Shown here piece by piece: positions 9,897 to 19,277 of a stretch of DNA of 64,000 nucleotides. Source of the stretch: Candidatus Cloacimonadales bacterium (GTDB lineage: Bacteria > Cloacimonadota > Cloacimonadia > Cloacimonadales > JAFGVF01); the NCBI GenBank assembly GCA_963663475.2, contig CAXXJV010000002.1, forward strand, positions 96,001-160,000. The letters run 5' to 3'. The position numbers and the translations under genes were made by a program. How positions within the stretch are numbered: position 1 is the stretch's first letter; the number at the start of each line of letters is the position of its first letter. The notes beneath the pieces were generated by a model that saw nothing but the letters and a program-made list of their open reading frames with translations, made no database searches and was not told the origin of the DNA.

Positions 9897-11064
9897 ATCC
9901 AAATCCTAAGCTATAAGAATTTCTTTCATAATCTTCATTTGCATAACCTATAAGTAATGTATAATCACTCAAGCTTATTAGCCAAGTAATAGCTTGCTTT
10001 ATCTTAGCGATATCATAATTATCATAAGGCATTAAATACTTGTTATAAGCAAAATTACTTTGACCTAATGTTAGATCATAAGAAAAAGAAATATTGTAAA
10101 TAGGTTGATAAGTAAGATTAGCATGATAGAGAAGGTCTTCTTTATCATAATCAGGAGTAATGTAATCTAAATATAGGTAACTTACACCACATGCAATATC
10201 AATTTGAGAAAAATCTAGCATATAATTTGCTCTTATTTCTTGGGCAGATAATGATTCATAGTAAGAATAACCTGTCATTAAGGACAAGTTATTATGAAAA
10301 TATAGACTAGGAATGATATAAGAAGATTGCATAGCTATACCATAAGCATCATATAATTTCTTAAAATCCCCTTTAGCTGAAAAACAAGCTAATTTGAAAG
10401 TTAATTTTTTATAATTAATAGCTGTTTGTAGGCTAATCAAATCTCTTTTAGCATTATCTCCAGAATTATGATTCCAGTTTATCCCTAGAGAATATTGACC
10501 TTTAATCCAATTATAGGATAAATTTGTATTATAAGTAGCATTGGCTTTACTTGTTGCTAAGAAAATACTATTACTTCTCCAATTATCTTCTAAATATTCA
10601 AGTGATAAAGTATCATTATTTACCTTTAGAAGCTTTAAATCTGGATAAGCTAGACCTGAATTCCCTATAAAATATGCAGACCAGCCTCTTCCTAAAAGAT
10701 CTAAATCTGAATTATTTGCCTGCTTACTAGCTTTATTATAATAGAAATAAGCAGGATAATACTTAGCTAGCATATAATATGAATAGGCTAAGTTTCTATA
10801 ATATCTAGCATCATCACATTGATAATTCTTACTAAAATCAATAACTTCTTTGAATTTCTCTTGATAAAGTAAACTCGAACTTAATCCTATTAATACTTCC
10901 TTTTCCTGATTACCAGAATCTATTAAATCTTGATAAAGATATTCAGAAATAATATAATAACCTAAATCAAAGTTTCTTTTTGCTTCTTCTAAACTAGTGG
11001 AAAAGAGAGAAATAAAAGAGAATACAAAAAAAAGAAAGCAATATCTACTTAAGTTTACTCTCAT
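9886..11064 (-). CDS. Secreted TPR protein with probable C-terminal outer-membrane beta-barrel
   Basis: Signal peptide, TPR-like helices (LAYSYY, GWSAY), alternating aromatic strands, terminal LGFGYVF. Confidence 0.65.
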   Translation of the reverse strand: MRVNLSRYCFLFFVFSFISLFSTSLEEAKRNFDLGYYIISEYLYQDLIDSGNQEKEVLIGLSSSLLYQEKFKEVIDFSKNYQCDDARYYRNLAYSYYMLAKYYPAYFYYNKASKQANNSDLDLLGRGWSAYFIGNSGLAYPDLKLLKVNNDTLSLEYLEDNWRSNSIFLATSKANATYNTNLSYNWIKGQYSLGINWNHNSGDNAKRDLISLQTAINYKKLTFKLACFSAKGDFKKLYDAYGIAMQSSYIIPSLYFHNNLSLMTGYSYYESLSAQEIRANYMLDFSQIDIACGVSYLYLDYITPDYDKEDLLYHANLTYQPIYNISFSYDLTLGQSNFAYNKYLMPYDNYDIAKIKQAITWLISLSDYTLLIGYANEDYERNSYSLGFGYVF

Positions 11065-11653
11065 ACATCTCTATAAATTCATTACTTGGATTCATCTTTT
11101 TTAATTTCTGAAAAACACTTTTAGCTTTATTAATCTGATTAGATTCAACTAAAGAACTCAAGTAATATCCTAAACAAGATATGTTATATGAGTAAATATC
11201 ACAGGCCTGTTGATAATAGCTAGCTGCATTTTGCCAGTCTTGAAGAGCATAATAGGAATAAGCAATTTTGGCTAAAGTTAAAAAACTCTGGGGATTTATA
11301 CTTATAACCTGTTTACCATACTCAATAGTTTCTTGCCAGTTACCAAGCATATAGTTTGACACTACAATTCCTTCTAGTGCTTCTAAATTATTATCTAGAT
11401 TATAACTTACTGTATAATATTTCAAAGCATCTGTATAGTTATAAAGGGAATAATACAACCAGGCAGTACGTAAATTATAATAAGCATCTGATGGGGCTAA
11501 ATGAGTAACTGCAAACATATTTGTTAAGGCTTGCTGATAATTGCCATTATTTTCATATTCGTAAGACTTTTCTACTAACTCATCAACTTTTGTTCCTGCT
11601 AATAATAGGGAACTGAAAACTAATACCAAGATTATAAGAATTGATTTTTTCAT
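11045..11653 (-). CDS. Secreted tetratricopeptide-repeat protein
   Basis: Signal peptide then several TPR units (AWLYY, AYSYY); start at ATG 11653 after GAGG. Confidence 0.8.
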   Translation of the reverse strand: MKKSILIILVLVFSSLLLAGTKVDELVEKSYEYENNGNYQQALTNMFAVTHLAPSDAYYNLRTAWLYYSLYNYTDALKYYTVSYNLDNNLEALEGIVVSNYMLGNWQETIEYGKQVISINPQSFLTLAKIAYSYYALQDWQNAASYYQQACDIYSYNISCLGYYLSSLVESNQINKAKSVFQKLKKMNPSNEFIEMYESKLK

Positions 11654-11654
11654 T

Positions 11655-13814
11655 TTATTCCTCAATTAATTCTACTTTCATTATTTCTGTATTACCATCA
11701 TTTAAGGTAATTTTGGTAATACCTATTAAATCTTTGATCTCAACTCTTCCATTAAAAGATCTTATTCTTTTCCCCATTATATTAAGTTCTGTTTGTGTGG
11801 CAACAATAATTGTCTTGTCTTCCATACTAACCCTTGATTTACTCCTAACAGTTGAAACTTTACCTAATGATTGAAGTAAGATTAAGGTGTTTTCCCAGAA
11901 AGGATTAAGAACTATTGAATATGGCGGTAAATCTTGCCATTCTAAACCTTCATCTTCTTGATAAAGGGGAAGTCTACTCATTAAAATTGCTAAGGCTTGA
12001 AGTCCACTCTTTTTATTACCTTTAAAATCTAATACATTAAATATTCCATCATAAACAGAAAATTCAAGACTAGTCTTCTTGTCAGATTTAATATAGAATC
12101 TTCCTAGTAAGTCAACTTCAACAGTCCATTTCTCAACAAAGGTCTCATTTCCGTAGCTGACTTTAAAAGATGAGGTATCTTCAACTTTCAGATGCAACAA
12201 ATCTTGTAGATAATTAACAGGGATTAAAGCAGAAATTAGGTCATCTTTTTCAGGTATTGCATAAGCATTAAAGGAGAGCTTATCCTCTCTTTTTTTATAG
12301 TTCAAGAGGTTAGATTTAATAGTTTGACTACCTGGTTCTGCTCCTCTTTGAATATTAAAATGAAGGTGGGGAACAGCTGATCTTCCAGAATTACCTACTA
12401 AAGCAATTTTCTCACCTTTAGCTATCCATTCTCCTTTTTTAACTTTAATAGTTCCTTTTTTAATATGACAATACATAGAATATATACCAAATCCGTGGTT
12501 TAGTACAACAAAGTTACCCCAGTTTTCTCTTGTATTAATCTGGCCAATTGGATTATCTTCAATACCATCAATATAATTAGCTACCCAGCCAGCAGCAGAG
12601 GCTAAGATAGGCTTACCATAACAATAAAAATCTTTGGTACTTTGGCCATCTCCCCTGTACTTACTTCCTTGTTCATCAGTAATTTCAAAGTCCCATGCAT
12701 AAGCCCATTGTTCTCGATGGGTAATTTCTCCATGGTTACCTTGAGTAACTTTCCATTCTCCCACAAAAGGAAGATAGAATTGAAGTCCATCAGCTTGATA
12801 AAATCTCCTAATTTTTGAGTAATAATATTTTAAATTATCTTCAGGTATAAAGATGCCAAAGTTAGCAATGTTTGGGTGTTTATTTTGTAGTCTTAAACGT
12901 AAAGCAATAACTATAACCATAACTGTAATGTTCATAGGAAAGGCATAAGGAGCTACATAATAATTCTCGAATAAAAACTGGAAGGCATAAGTTATGATAA
13001 AACCAAGGATACAGGAAAAACCAGCTATAATGTATGATGCTAAGGAAGGTATAAAAAATACACCACCAATACTGATTGCAATTAACATCAGATTTAAGGC
13101 TGTATAGGATATTTGGTATAAACCAATCGTTTCTAAGTAAGCAGTATTAAAGATTGATACAAAGTAGAAGGATATTCCAAAACCCATTAAGGAAAGGAAA
13201 AAACCAATTCTAGAGGTAAGAATTAAGGCTAAAGCAATTAGTAAGCCGGACAGGATATAGGGTGTGAAAAAGATAGAACCTAATGATTGCAAGTAATAGG
13301 TTATAATATTTGTTTCCATAAACTCATTACCCAAGACTATGAACCTATCTTGAACACTTGTTACTTGACCAATTCTCATAATAAAGAAGGAGAAAAGGAT
13401 TGCCACGATAGAAAAAGATATACTCATAGAGGGCATATTCAGATAAGTTGTAGTAAGATAATTTAAGGTAATGAATAAGAGTAAGGTTATAACAGATGAA
13501 CCAAATAATACTAGCCAATAGGATGAAGTCCAGAAGAGTTCATTAGGCATAAAGAAGCCTATCCCTAGAGAAATAAGCATTGAATTAAAGCCATGAATTC
13601 CGCTTCTTGATGTCCAGTCTTCAAAAGAGAGAATTCTTGCAAACAAGATAGCAATCAGAGCTCCCAAGATACCTGTGAGGCCTGTTAATGGTTCGACTAA
13701 TGTTGCTAAAAGAATAAATAAGCCTACCTCTATCTTCTCACTGAAAAGAATAGAGGAGTAGGCATTTATTATTGATAATCCAAGGTTTTTTAGATTATTA
13801 AAGAAACTTGTCAC
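11655..13814 (-). CDS. Urea-transporter-family membrane domain fused to M23 metallopeptidase
   Basis: About 10 TM N-terminal half with GIHGFNS and FPM motifs; M23 zinc motifs H-x5-YAWDF and GNSGRSAVPHLHF. Confidence 0.82.
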   Translation of the reverse strand: MTSFFNNLKNLGLSIINAYSSILFSEKIEVGLFILLATLVEPLTGLTGILGALIAILFARILSFEDWTSRSGIHGFNSMLISLGIGFFMPNELFWTSSYWLVLFGSSVITLLLFITLNYLTTTYLNMPSMSISFSIVAILFSFFIMRIGQVTSVQDRFIVLGNEFMETNIITYYLQSLGSIFFTPYILSGLLIALALILTSRIGFFLSLMGFGISFYFVSIFNTAYLETIGLYQISYTALNLMLIAISIGGVFFIPSLASYIIAGFSCILGFIITYAFQFLFENYYVAPYAFPMNITVMVIVIALRLRLQNKHPNIANFGIFIPEDNLKYYYSKIRRFYQADGLQFYLPFVGEWKVTQGNHGEITHREQWAYAWDFEITDEQGSKYRGDGQSTKDFYCYGKPILASAAGWVANYIDGIEDNPIGQINTRENWGNFVVLNHGFGIYSMYCHIKKGTIKVKKGEWIAKGEKIALVGNSGRSAVPHLHFNIQRGAEPGSQTIKSNLLNYKKREDKLSFNAYAIPEKDDLISALIPVNYLQDLLHLKVEDTSSFKVSYGNETFVEKWTVEVDLLGRFYIKSDKKTSLEFSVYDGIFNVLDFKGNKKSGLQALAILMSRLPLYQEDEGLEWQDLPPYSIVLNPFWENTLILLQSLGKVSTVRSKSRVSMEDKTIIVATQTELNIMGKRIRSFNGRVEIKDLIGITKITLNDGNTEIMKVELIEE

Positions 13815-15166
13815 TAGATTATCCTTAAGTATTCAGGTATTTTTTCTCTAGAATTAATATCGCTTAATCCTTCTCTTTCTCTGATTAGGTTAGTCTGACC
13901 AGTTTCAGAAATCAAACAAACACCAGGTCTATATTCAATGAATTGCATCCATTGAGTAACATTATAAGCACCAACAGGGAATACTATCAGTTGGTCACCA
14001 ATCTTCAAATCAGGATATGGGGTTGAATGTTTAACAATATCAATGTTCATACATAAAGGCCCATAGAATATAGTAGGCATAGAAGAACCAGAAATTGGTT
14101 GGGCTGGAAGGATTTTAAGGTTATACCACCAAGTAGTGAAGAGGATATTAACACCTGCATCTATTACAACAGCTCTTTCCCCAGTTGGTAAGTCTCTTTT
14201 TCCAATAACTTGGGTAATGAGAGTACCTGCTTCATCAACTAAAACTCTACCAGTTTCTAAGATTAGGCGAGGTTCTTCATCTTTGGCAAATTCTGATTCA
14301 TTAAAAGCTTTACCTATAGCAGTAGCATACTGGTCGAAAGAAGGAGAAGAAAACTCACCTGGAGTATATTGATTGTGGAGAGTATTTTTAGAAGCAAATC
14401 CTCCACCTAAGTCAATATATTTTACAACTATATCAAAGTTATCTTTTACTTTTTGGGCAAGAGTTAAGAGTTTTGAAGCTGAGATATAGTAAGGGTTAGC
14501 ATCAAGCATAAAAGTTCCAATATGGGCATGGAGGCCAATTAAATCCATTTTATTACCTTGAATTAATCTTTGCAAAGTTCTATAGGCTTCTCCGTTATCA
14601 TAGTTGAAACCAAATCTTTGCCATTGAGGATAAATACCCGTATCCATATTTACCCTTATTGCTACTTGTGGACGAATAGCTAACTCATCAGCAACTTCTT
14701 CTAGCATAATAAGTTCATGAAAATGATCAATATGAATTGTTACTCCATCTTCAACCACTCTTAGTAAATCATCTTTACGTTTGCCAGGACCATTGAATAT
14801 AATATCTTTGCCTTCAATACCTAGGTGCTTAGCCATTTCGTATTCCATAATAGAAACTACTTCTGCTTTAGCTCCTTCTTGGTGGAAAATAGAGCAGATT
14901 GCTCCTAGATAATTTGTTTTATAAGACCATGATACTTCGCTATTACTATAAAATTGTTTTAGAATAGAAGTTAACTCGCGATAAGAGTCTCTAATTTTTG
15001 CTTCAGAATAAACAAATAAAGGAGAACCGTATTTTTCTGTTAAAGATTTAACTGGAACACCAGCAATTCTATCTTGGAAGTTGATGGCATTTTTGTTATG
15101 TGCTATTTTATTACTCAACCCTGATTGATTTCTTAATATTCTAGGTGGATTATATTGTTTTTTCAT
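13814..15166 (-). CDS. PLP-dependent fold-type III decarboxylase (LysA-like, atypical substrate site)
   Basis: SYKTN, FNGPGK, HAHIG, DLGGG, ETGR, GPLCMNID, GAY motifs. Confidence 0.85.
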   Translation of the reverse strand: MKKQYNPPRILRNQSGLSNKIAHNKNAINFQDRIAGVPVKSLTEKYGSPLFVYSEAKIRDSYRELTSILKQFYSNSEVSWSYKTNYLGAICSIFHQEGAKAEVVSIMEYEMAKHLGIEGKDIIFNGPGKRKDDLLRVVEDGVTIHIDHFHELIMLEEVADELAIRPQVAIRVNMDTGIYPQWQRFGFNYDNGEAYRTLQRLIQGNKMDLIGLHAHIGTFMLDANPYYISASKLLTLAQKVKDNFDIVVKYIDLGGGFASKNTLHNQYTPGEFSSPSFDQYATAIGKAFNESEFAKDEEPRLILETGRVLVDEAGTLITQVIGKRDLPTGERAVVIDAGVNILFTTWWYNLKILPAQPISGSSMPTIFYGPLCMNIDIVKHSTPYPDLKIGDQLIVFPVGAYNVTQWMQFIEYRPGVCLISETGQTNLIREREGLSDINSREKIPEYLRII

Positions 15167-16236
15167 TTCTTTTCTCCTCTGATTAGTTGTCCCATAGCTG
15201 ACAAAAGTCCCATTTCATTGATGTCAGCAATAATATCTTCTGCATGCCTAATAAACATGGTTCCTGTTTTGTATTCTGTAAATGGTTGAACCTCTTCTTT
15301 AAGAGCTAATTTAACCACCATAGCAGGTAAGTTTTGTCCTGCTCCTTCAGCTAGTCTAATCCAAGCAGGGAAACGAGGATTAATTTCAATTAAGTAGAAG
15401 TTATCCTTGCTATCTTTAATTAATTCTAGTTCACAAGGTCCCTGCCATTTTAAAGCTGAGATAACGTTTTGGGTGAATTCATTTAGTTTTTTGTTATTAA
15501 CTACAACCCCTCCAAAACCTTTACCTTTATCAGTAATGATAAGTTTTCTTTGAGGTATCATCCCTAAAATATTACCTTGTCCATCACCTACTAAAGATAC
15601 ATTAAATTCATCTCCCACTACTTTTTGCTGGGCTAGTACAGGAAGTCCCCATTTCTCTCTAATTAAGTTGAAATAATAGATTGCTTCGTTGATATTATTA
15701 GCTTGATAAGCTTCATATAAATTACCTTTGATGAAGAGAGGAAATTTAATTTCTTTTTCTAAGTCAAAGATTTTACTGGCATCTACTAAAAATTCTGTTT
15801 TAGGAACATCTATACCTTTTTCAGGGAAGGTTTTAAATATTTTTGCCTTATCTCGGAGAAGTAATTGGTCTTCGCTGGGAAGATAAGTTTTTATACCTCT
15901 AGCAGCTAGTTCTTTAGCTAGTCTTATATAGCCAATAATTTCTGAATCTAGAGTTGGGATAAGGACATCAATCTTGGTATGAGATAGAATATAGTCAATT
16001 CTATTTAGAATAGCATCCTTTCCTTCCGAAGGGTAAGGCATTTGGTAAACTTCTTGTGCTAGGTCAGGATAGTAGATACCTGATTCTAAATTGTCATAGA
16101 TTAGACCTACTATTTTTCCTTTGAAACCTGCATTTCTAATTGATCTAATGATAGGAACACCAGGTTGTGGATTATCGCCTGTCTTTAGACCAGAGACAGC
16201 TATAACCAAATCAGAGTGGTCTAATTTAATAGACAT
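15163..16236 (-). CDS. ATP-grasp ligase (CarB-like ATP-binding domain)
   Basis: DK...VPKT, FPLFIKG, EFNV, ELELI, LIEINPRF; start set at ATG 16236. Confidence 0.85.
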   Translation of the reverse strand: MSIKLDHSDLVIAVSGLKTGDNPQPGVPIIRSIRNAGFKGKIVGLIYDNLESGIYYPDLAQEVYQMPYPSEGKDAILNRIDYILSHTKIDVLIPTLDSEIIGYIRLAKELAARGIKTYLPSEDQLLLRDKAKIFKTFPEKGIDVPKTEFLVDASKIFDLEKEIKFPLFIKGNLYEAYQANNINEAIYYFNLIREKWGLPVLAQQKVVGDEFNVSLVGDGQGNILGMIPQRKLIITDKGKGFGGVVVNNKKLNEFTQNVISALKWQGPCELELIKDSKDNFYLIEINPRFPAWIRLAEGAGQNLPAMVVKLALKEEVQPFTEYKTGTMFIRHAEDIIADINEMGLLSAMGQLIRGEKK

Positions 16237-16486
16237 GGCTACGTTCCACAAGATTGTAATTTTCTAATACACGCATAAAATACTCAATGTCGGAAATAGC
16301 TTCATCTCTGTTAACTTCATACTCTTGTACTAAAGCATTAACTAATTCTTCCATATCTGAACCTGCTATAATTTGATTGATTATCCAAATAGCAGTTTCA
16401 TTAGCATTATAAGAATAACCTGTTGTCGGATCAAAGATAAAGCCACTTTGATTAATTGCTAAGTCTGTTAGTTTTTCTTTATTCAT
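16226..16486 (-). CDS. PqqD-family / RiPP recognition element (RRE) protein
   Basis: 86 aa; FDPTTGYSYNANETAIWI...LVQEYEV...DIEYF...L...NLV matches the PqqD winged-helix pattern. Confidence 0.82.
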   Translation of the reverse strand: MNKEKLTDLAINQSGFIFDPTTGYSYNANETAIWIINQIIAGSDMEELVNALVQEYEVNRDEAISDIEYFMRVLENYNLVERSHVY

Positions 16487-16588
16487 AATAAACCTTCTTT
16501 TGTTTATTTTTATTTTAAGACTATTAAGACTTATATTCCCTGCAATTTATTTTCCAAAAAGTGAATTTTATTATTTTTCTTCCTTTTA

Positions 16589-16612
16589 ACCCAAATAATG
16601 CACTATTCGGGT
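16589..16612. mobile_element. Hairpin MITE family, minimal copy (two termini only, 24 bp)
   Basis: ACCCAAATAATGCACTATTCGGGT flanked by TTA/TTA; the right TTA is the stop codon of the minus-strand transglycosylase. Confidence 0.7.
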
Positions 16613-18124
16613 TTAATACTTCAGTTTTTGTCCAGGATAAATTAAAATCAAACCATTTTTATTCTTTTTTAAATTGTTTTTGGAAATAAGAAGTTTCTGA
16701 CTAACCTTGAGCTTGGAGGAAATACCAGAAATTGAATCACCTTTTTGCACTGTATAACTACCTTTACTAGAACCTGCATTACCATAGAGTTTTAACTTTT
16801 GGCCAGGTCTAATCATATTAGAAGTCATACCATTAAGCTCTTTAATTTTGGCCACACTTGTTTTATATTTTCTAGCAATATTGTAGAGATTATCACCTCT
16901 TTTCACCACATGATGGGTAAAGAAACCAGCATTGCTATTGAGGAATTGCTTTTCAATTTCAGCAACTTTCAGACTATCAGGAACTGCTTCAATAGGAACT
17001 AAAATATTATGAATACCTGCAGGTAAGACAACATCATTAATGTCAGAATATTTCTTTCTACTCTGACGATATATCTTAATCCATGGGTTTAGCTCGTATA
17101 CAGAACCAATATTAGTTCCTTGAGCCTTAGCCCATTCATCAAGCTTATAGTGTCCTTTTAAGGTAATTGGAATTACTTTAGTTGTTTGAAGCATATCTGG
17201 TTCTCTGTCAAATTTAGAACCAAAAATCTTTTCTTCATTCTCAAAAATATATTTAATGGCAATGGCTTTCCAAACATATTCATTTGTTTCTTGAGTTCTA
17301 AAGACTAAATCAGTGAATTTACTACCTCCTTGAGCTTGGAGAACCTTATTAACATTCCCCATACCTGCATTATAGGCACAGTAGGCTAAAAGCCAATCTT
17401 CAGCTCCCTTATTTGAGAAGTACCTATAGGTATCATTGAGTAATTGAGCAGCTACTTGTGTGGATTTATAAATATCGCGTCTTTCATCAACAAAATCATT
17501 TATCAGCATTTTGTAATGTTTTCCAGTATTGGGCATGATTTGCCAGATACCATCAGCCCCCATAGGAGAATGAGCTCTATAACTTAATCTACTTTCAGCA
17601 ATAGCTAGATATTTAGTGTCTGTTGGCACACCTGCTTGAGTAAAAATTGAATCCATTAAGGAAAAATAACGTCCTGACCTAGGGATGAATCTGACAGCAG
17701 ATTTGACTTCACTATTATAAGCTTTTTCAAATCTTTCTAGGTTTCTCTCAATAGTTAAATCAATAGTTTGGCCAGCAAAATCGATTTGGCGAGGAAAACC
17801 AAGGTCTGTAATAACAATATTATCTTTGTATCTGCTTATCTCAAAAATCAAAGAATCAATCAAGGCTTCTTTGTCAGCTAGTTCTAGATAAAGAGAATCA
17901 ATAGTAGTTTGATACTTGAATATTTTCTGATCAAATTCAATGTTTGTGATATCATCAGATTGAATTTCCTCTGAATCTTGTGAGTAGTTATCACTATTGA
18001 TATAGTCGTTTTTATTACTAGTTTCCTGAATATTTTCTGAACTTTCATTCAAGGGAATAAAAGAACTACAGCCACTTAAAAGAAAGACAAAGATTAGTCT
18101 ATATATTAATTTTAACAATTTCAT
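16613..18124 (-). CDS. mltD: Membrane-bound lytic murein transglycosylase D-like lipoprotein (SLT + 2 LysM)
   Basis: LSGC lipobox; LAIAES, GIWQIMP, AYNAG, ETNEYV SLT motifs; two LysM repeats (VKRGDNL, VQKGDSI). Confidence 0.85.
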   Translation of the reverse strand: MKLLKLIYRLIFVFLLSGCSSFIPLNESSENIQETSNKNDYINSDNYSQDSEEIQSDDITNIEFDQKIFKYQTTIDSLYLELADKEALIDSLIFEISRYKDNIVITDLGFPRQIDFAGQTIDLTIERNLERFEKAYNSEVKSAVRFIPRSGRYFSLMDSIFTQAGVPTDTKYLAIAESRLSYRAHSPMGADGIWQIMPNTGKHYKMLINDFVDERRDIYKSTQVAAQLLNDTYRYFSNKGAEDWLLAYCAYNAGMGNVNKVLQAQGGSKFTDLVFRTQETNEYVWKAIAIKYIFENEEKIFGSKFDREPDMLQTTKVIPITLKGHYKLDEWAKAQGTNIGSVYELNPWIKIYRQSRKKYSDINDVVLPAGIHNILVPIEAVPDSLKVAEIEKQFLNSNAGFFTHHVVKRGDNLYNIARKYKTSVAKIKELNGMTSNMIRPGQKLKLYGNAGSSKGSYTVQKGDSISGISSKLKVSQKLLISKNNLKKNKNGLILIYPGQKLKY

Positions 18125-18370
18125 TCTCCACTAAATTTATATTATGCATTAAAATTTTGCTTGCTATAGTGTCAATATTTAAATAGATTTAAGAAAGGAA
18201 TTCCAAACATAATCTCGCGAACTGATCTTTTTCAGAATACGACTACACTATCTGGATTAAAGGAAGGAATAAGGATGCTATAGGTAAGCAAAAAAATAAT
18301 AATTTGCTAAAAGGGGTAAACACTTTATATTAATTATAAAATTAGATTAGAAAATAAAGGAGATTTCAAG

Positions 18371-18871
18371 ATGGCTAAAATAACATTACAAGGTAATGAA
18401 ATAAATACTAATGGCAATTTACCTAAAGTAGGCGACAAGGCTGCTGATTTTGTCTTAGTTCAAAAAGATTTAAGTGTAGCAAAATTGAGTGACTATAAAG
18501 GTAAAAAGGTAATATTAAATATATTCCCAAGTTTAGATACAGGCGTTTGTGCTGCTTCTGTTAGAAAATTCAATGCAGAACTTAACAATTTAGAAAATAC
18601 AGTAGTATTATGTATATCTAGAGATCTACCATTTGCCCAAGCTAGATTCTGTGGCGCGGAAGGATTGGACAGAGTGATTACTCTTAGTGAAATGAGAGGA
18701 GACGATTTCTCTAAGACATATGGTGTGCAAATAGTAGATGGCCCAATGGCTGGATTAATGGCTAGGGCAGTTGTAATACTTGATGAAGATGGTAAAGTTA
18801 CTTATACAGAGTTGGTTCCTGAAATAGTACATGAACCAGACTATAATAGTGCTTTAGCAAGTTTAAAATAA
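18371..18871 (+). CDS. tpx: Thiol peroxidase (atypical 2-Cys peroxiredoxin)
   Basis: [25 protein letters not shown] motifs. Confidence 0.96.
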   Translation: MAKITLQGNEINTNGNLPKVGDKAADFVLVQKDLSVAKLSDYKGKKVILNIFPSLDTGVCAASVRKFNAELNNLENTVVLCISRDLPFAQARFCGAEGLDRVITLSEMRGDDFSKTYGVQIVDGPMAGLMARAVVILDEDGKVTYTELVPEIVHEPDYNSALASLK

Positions 18872-18895
18872 GCTAATTTCGTAATCTTTTACAAG

Positions 18896-18924
18896 CTGGT
18901 AGTATCATTACTACCAGTTTTTTT
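18896..18924 (+). terminator. Intrinsic terminator after tpx
   Basis: CTGGTAGTA-tcat-TACTACCAG + T7. Confidence 0.85.
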
Positions 18925-18958
18925 GTTTGTGTAAATTTCTACTCCATTATCTAGATAA

Positions 18959-19121
18959 ACCCAAATAATGCAGTAGACCTTTGTGAATAGCACTATATTC
19001 TTCTGCAAAAGTAAGATCCATAATTTCTCCGAATATATAAATTATATGCGTCAAAATTCTGTAAGCTATTTTGCTAGAATAATCTGCACTCTTCACTAAA
19101 GCTCTACTACACTATCTGGGA
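18959..19121. mobile_element. Hairpin MITE family, full-length copy (subtype B)
   Basis: ACCCAAATAATGCAGTAG...CTACTACACTATCTGGGA, TAA/TAA flanks; close to the copy at 40643. Confidence 0.85.
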
Positions 19122-19168
19122 TAAAAAAAACAATTGACTTGCTTTATCAAATCCTAAAAATTATTATA

Positions 19169-19250
19169 ACCCAAATAATGCAATAGATCTTTGAGAATAG
19201 CAGAATATTCTTTTGCAGTCTTCTCTAAAGCTCTATTGCACCATTTGGGA
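19169..19250. mobile_element. Hairpin MITE family, internally deleted copy (82 bp)
   Basis: ACCCAAATAATGCAATAG...CTATTGCACCATTTGGGA. Confidence 0.8.
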
Positions 19251-19277
19251 TAAAAAACAAAAAATGGGTAATAAATA

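Noticed and set aside
13814-15166. Calling this gene lysA, or a lysine decarboxylase feeding cadaverine to peptidoglycan
   Set aside because: The C-M in place of C-E/C-D and the operon context argue against a free basic amino-acid substrate; symbol withheld.
18204-18260. Another MITE copy upstream of tpx
   Set aside because: Only the right-end motif (CTACACTATCTGGAT) is recognisable; too decayed to delimit or count.
18959-19250. Adjacent repeats as a CRISPR array
   Set aside because: Units are long self-complementary elements of unequal length dispersed through the window, with no constant repeat-spacer period and no cas genes.
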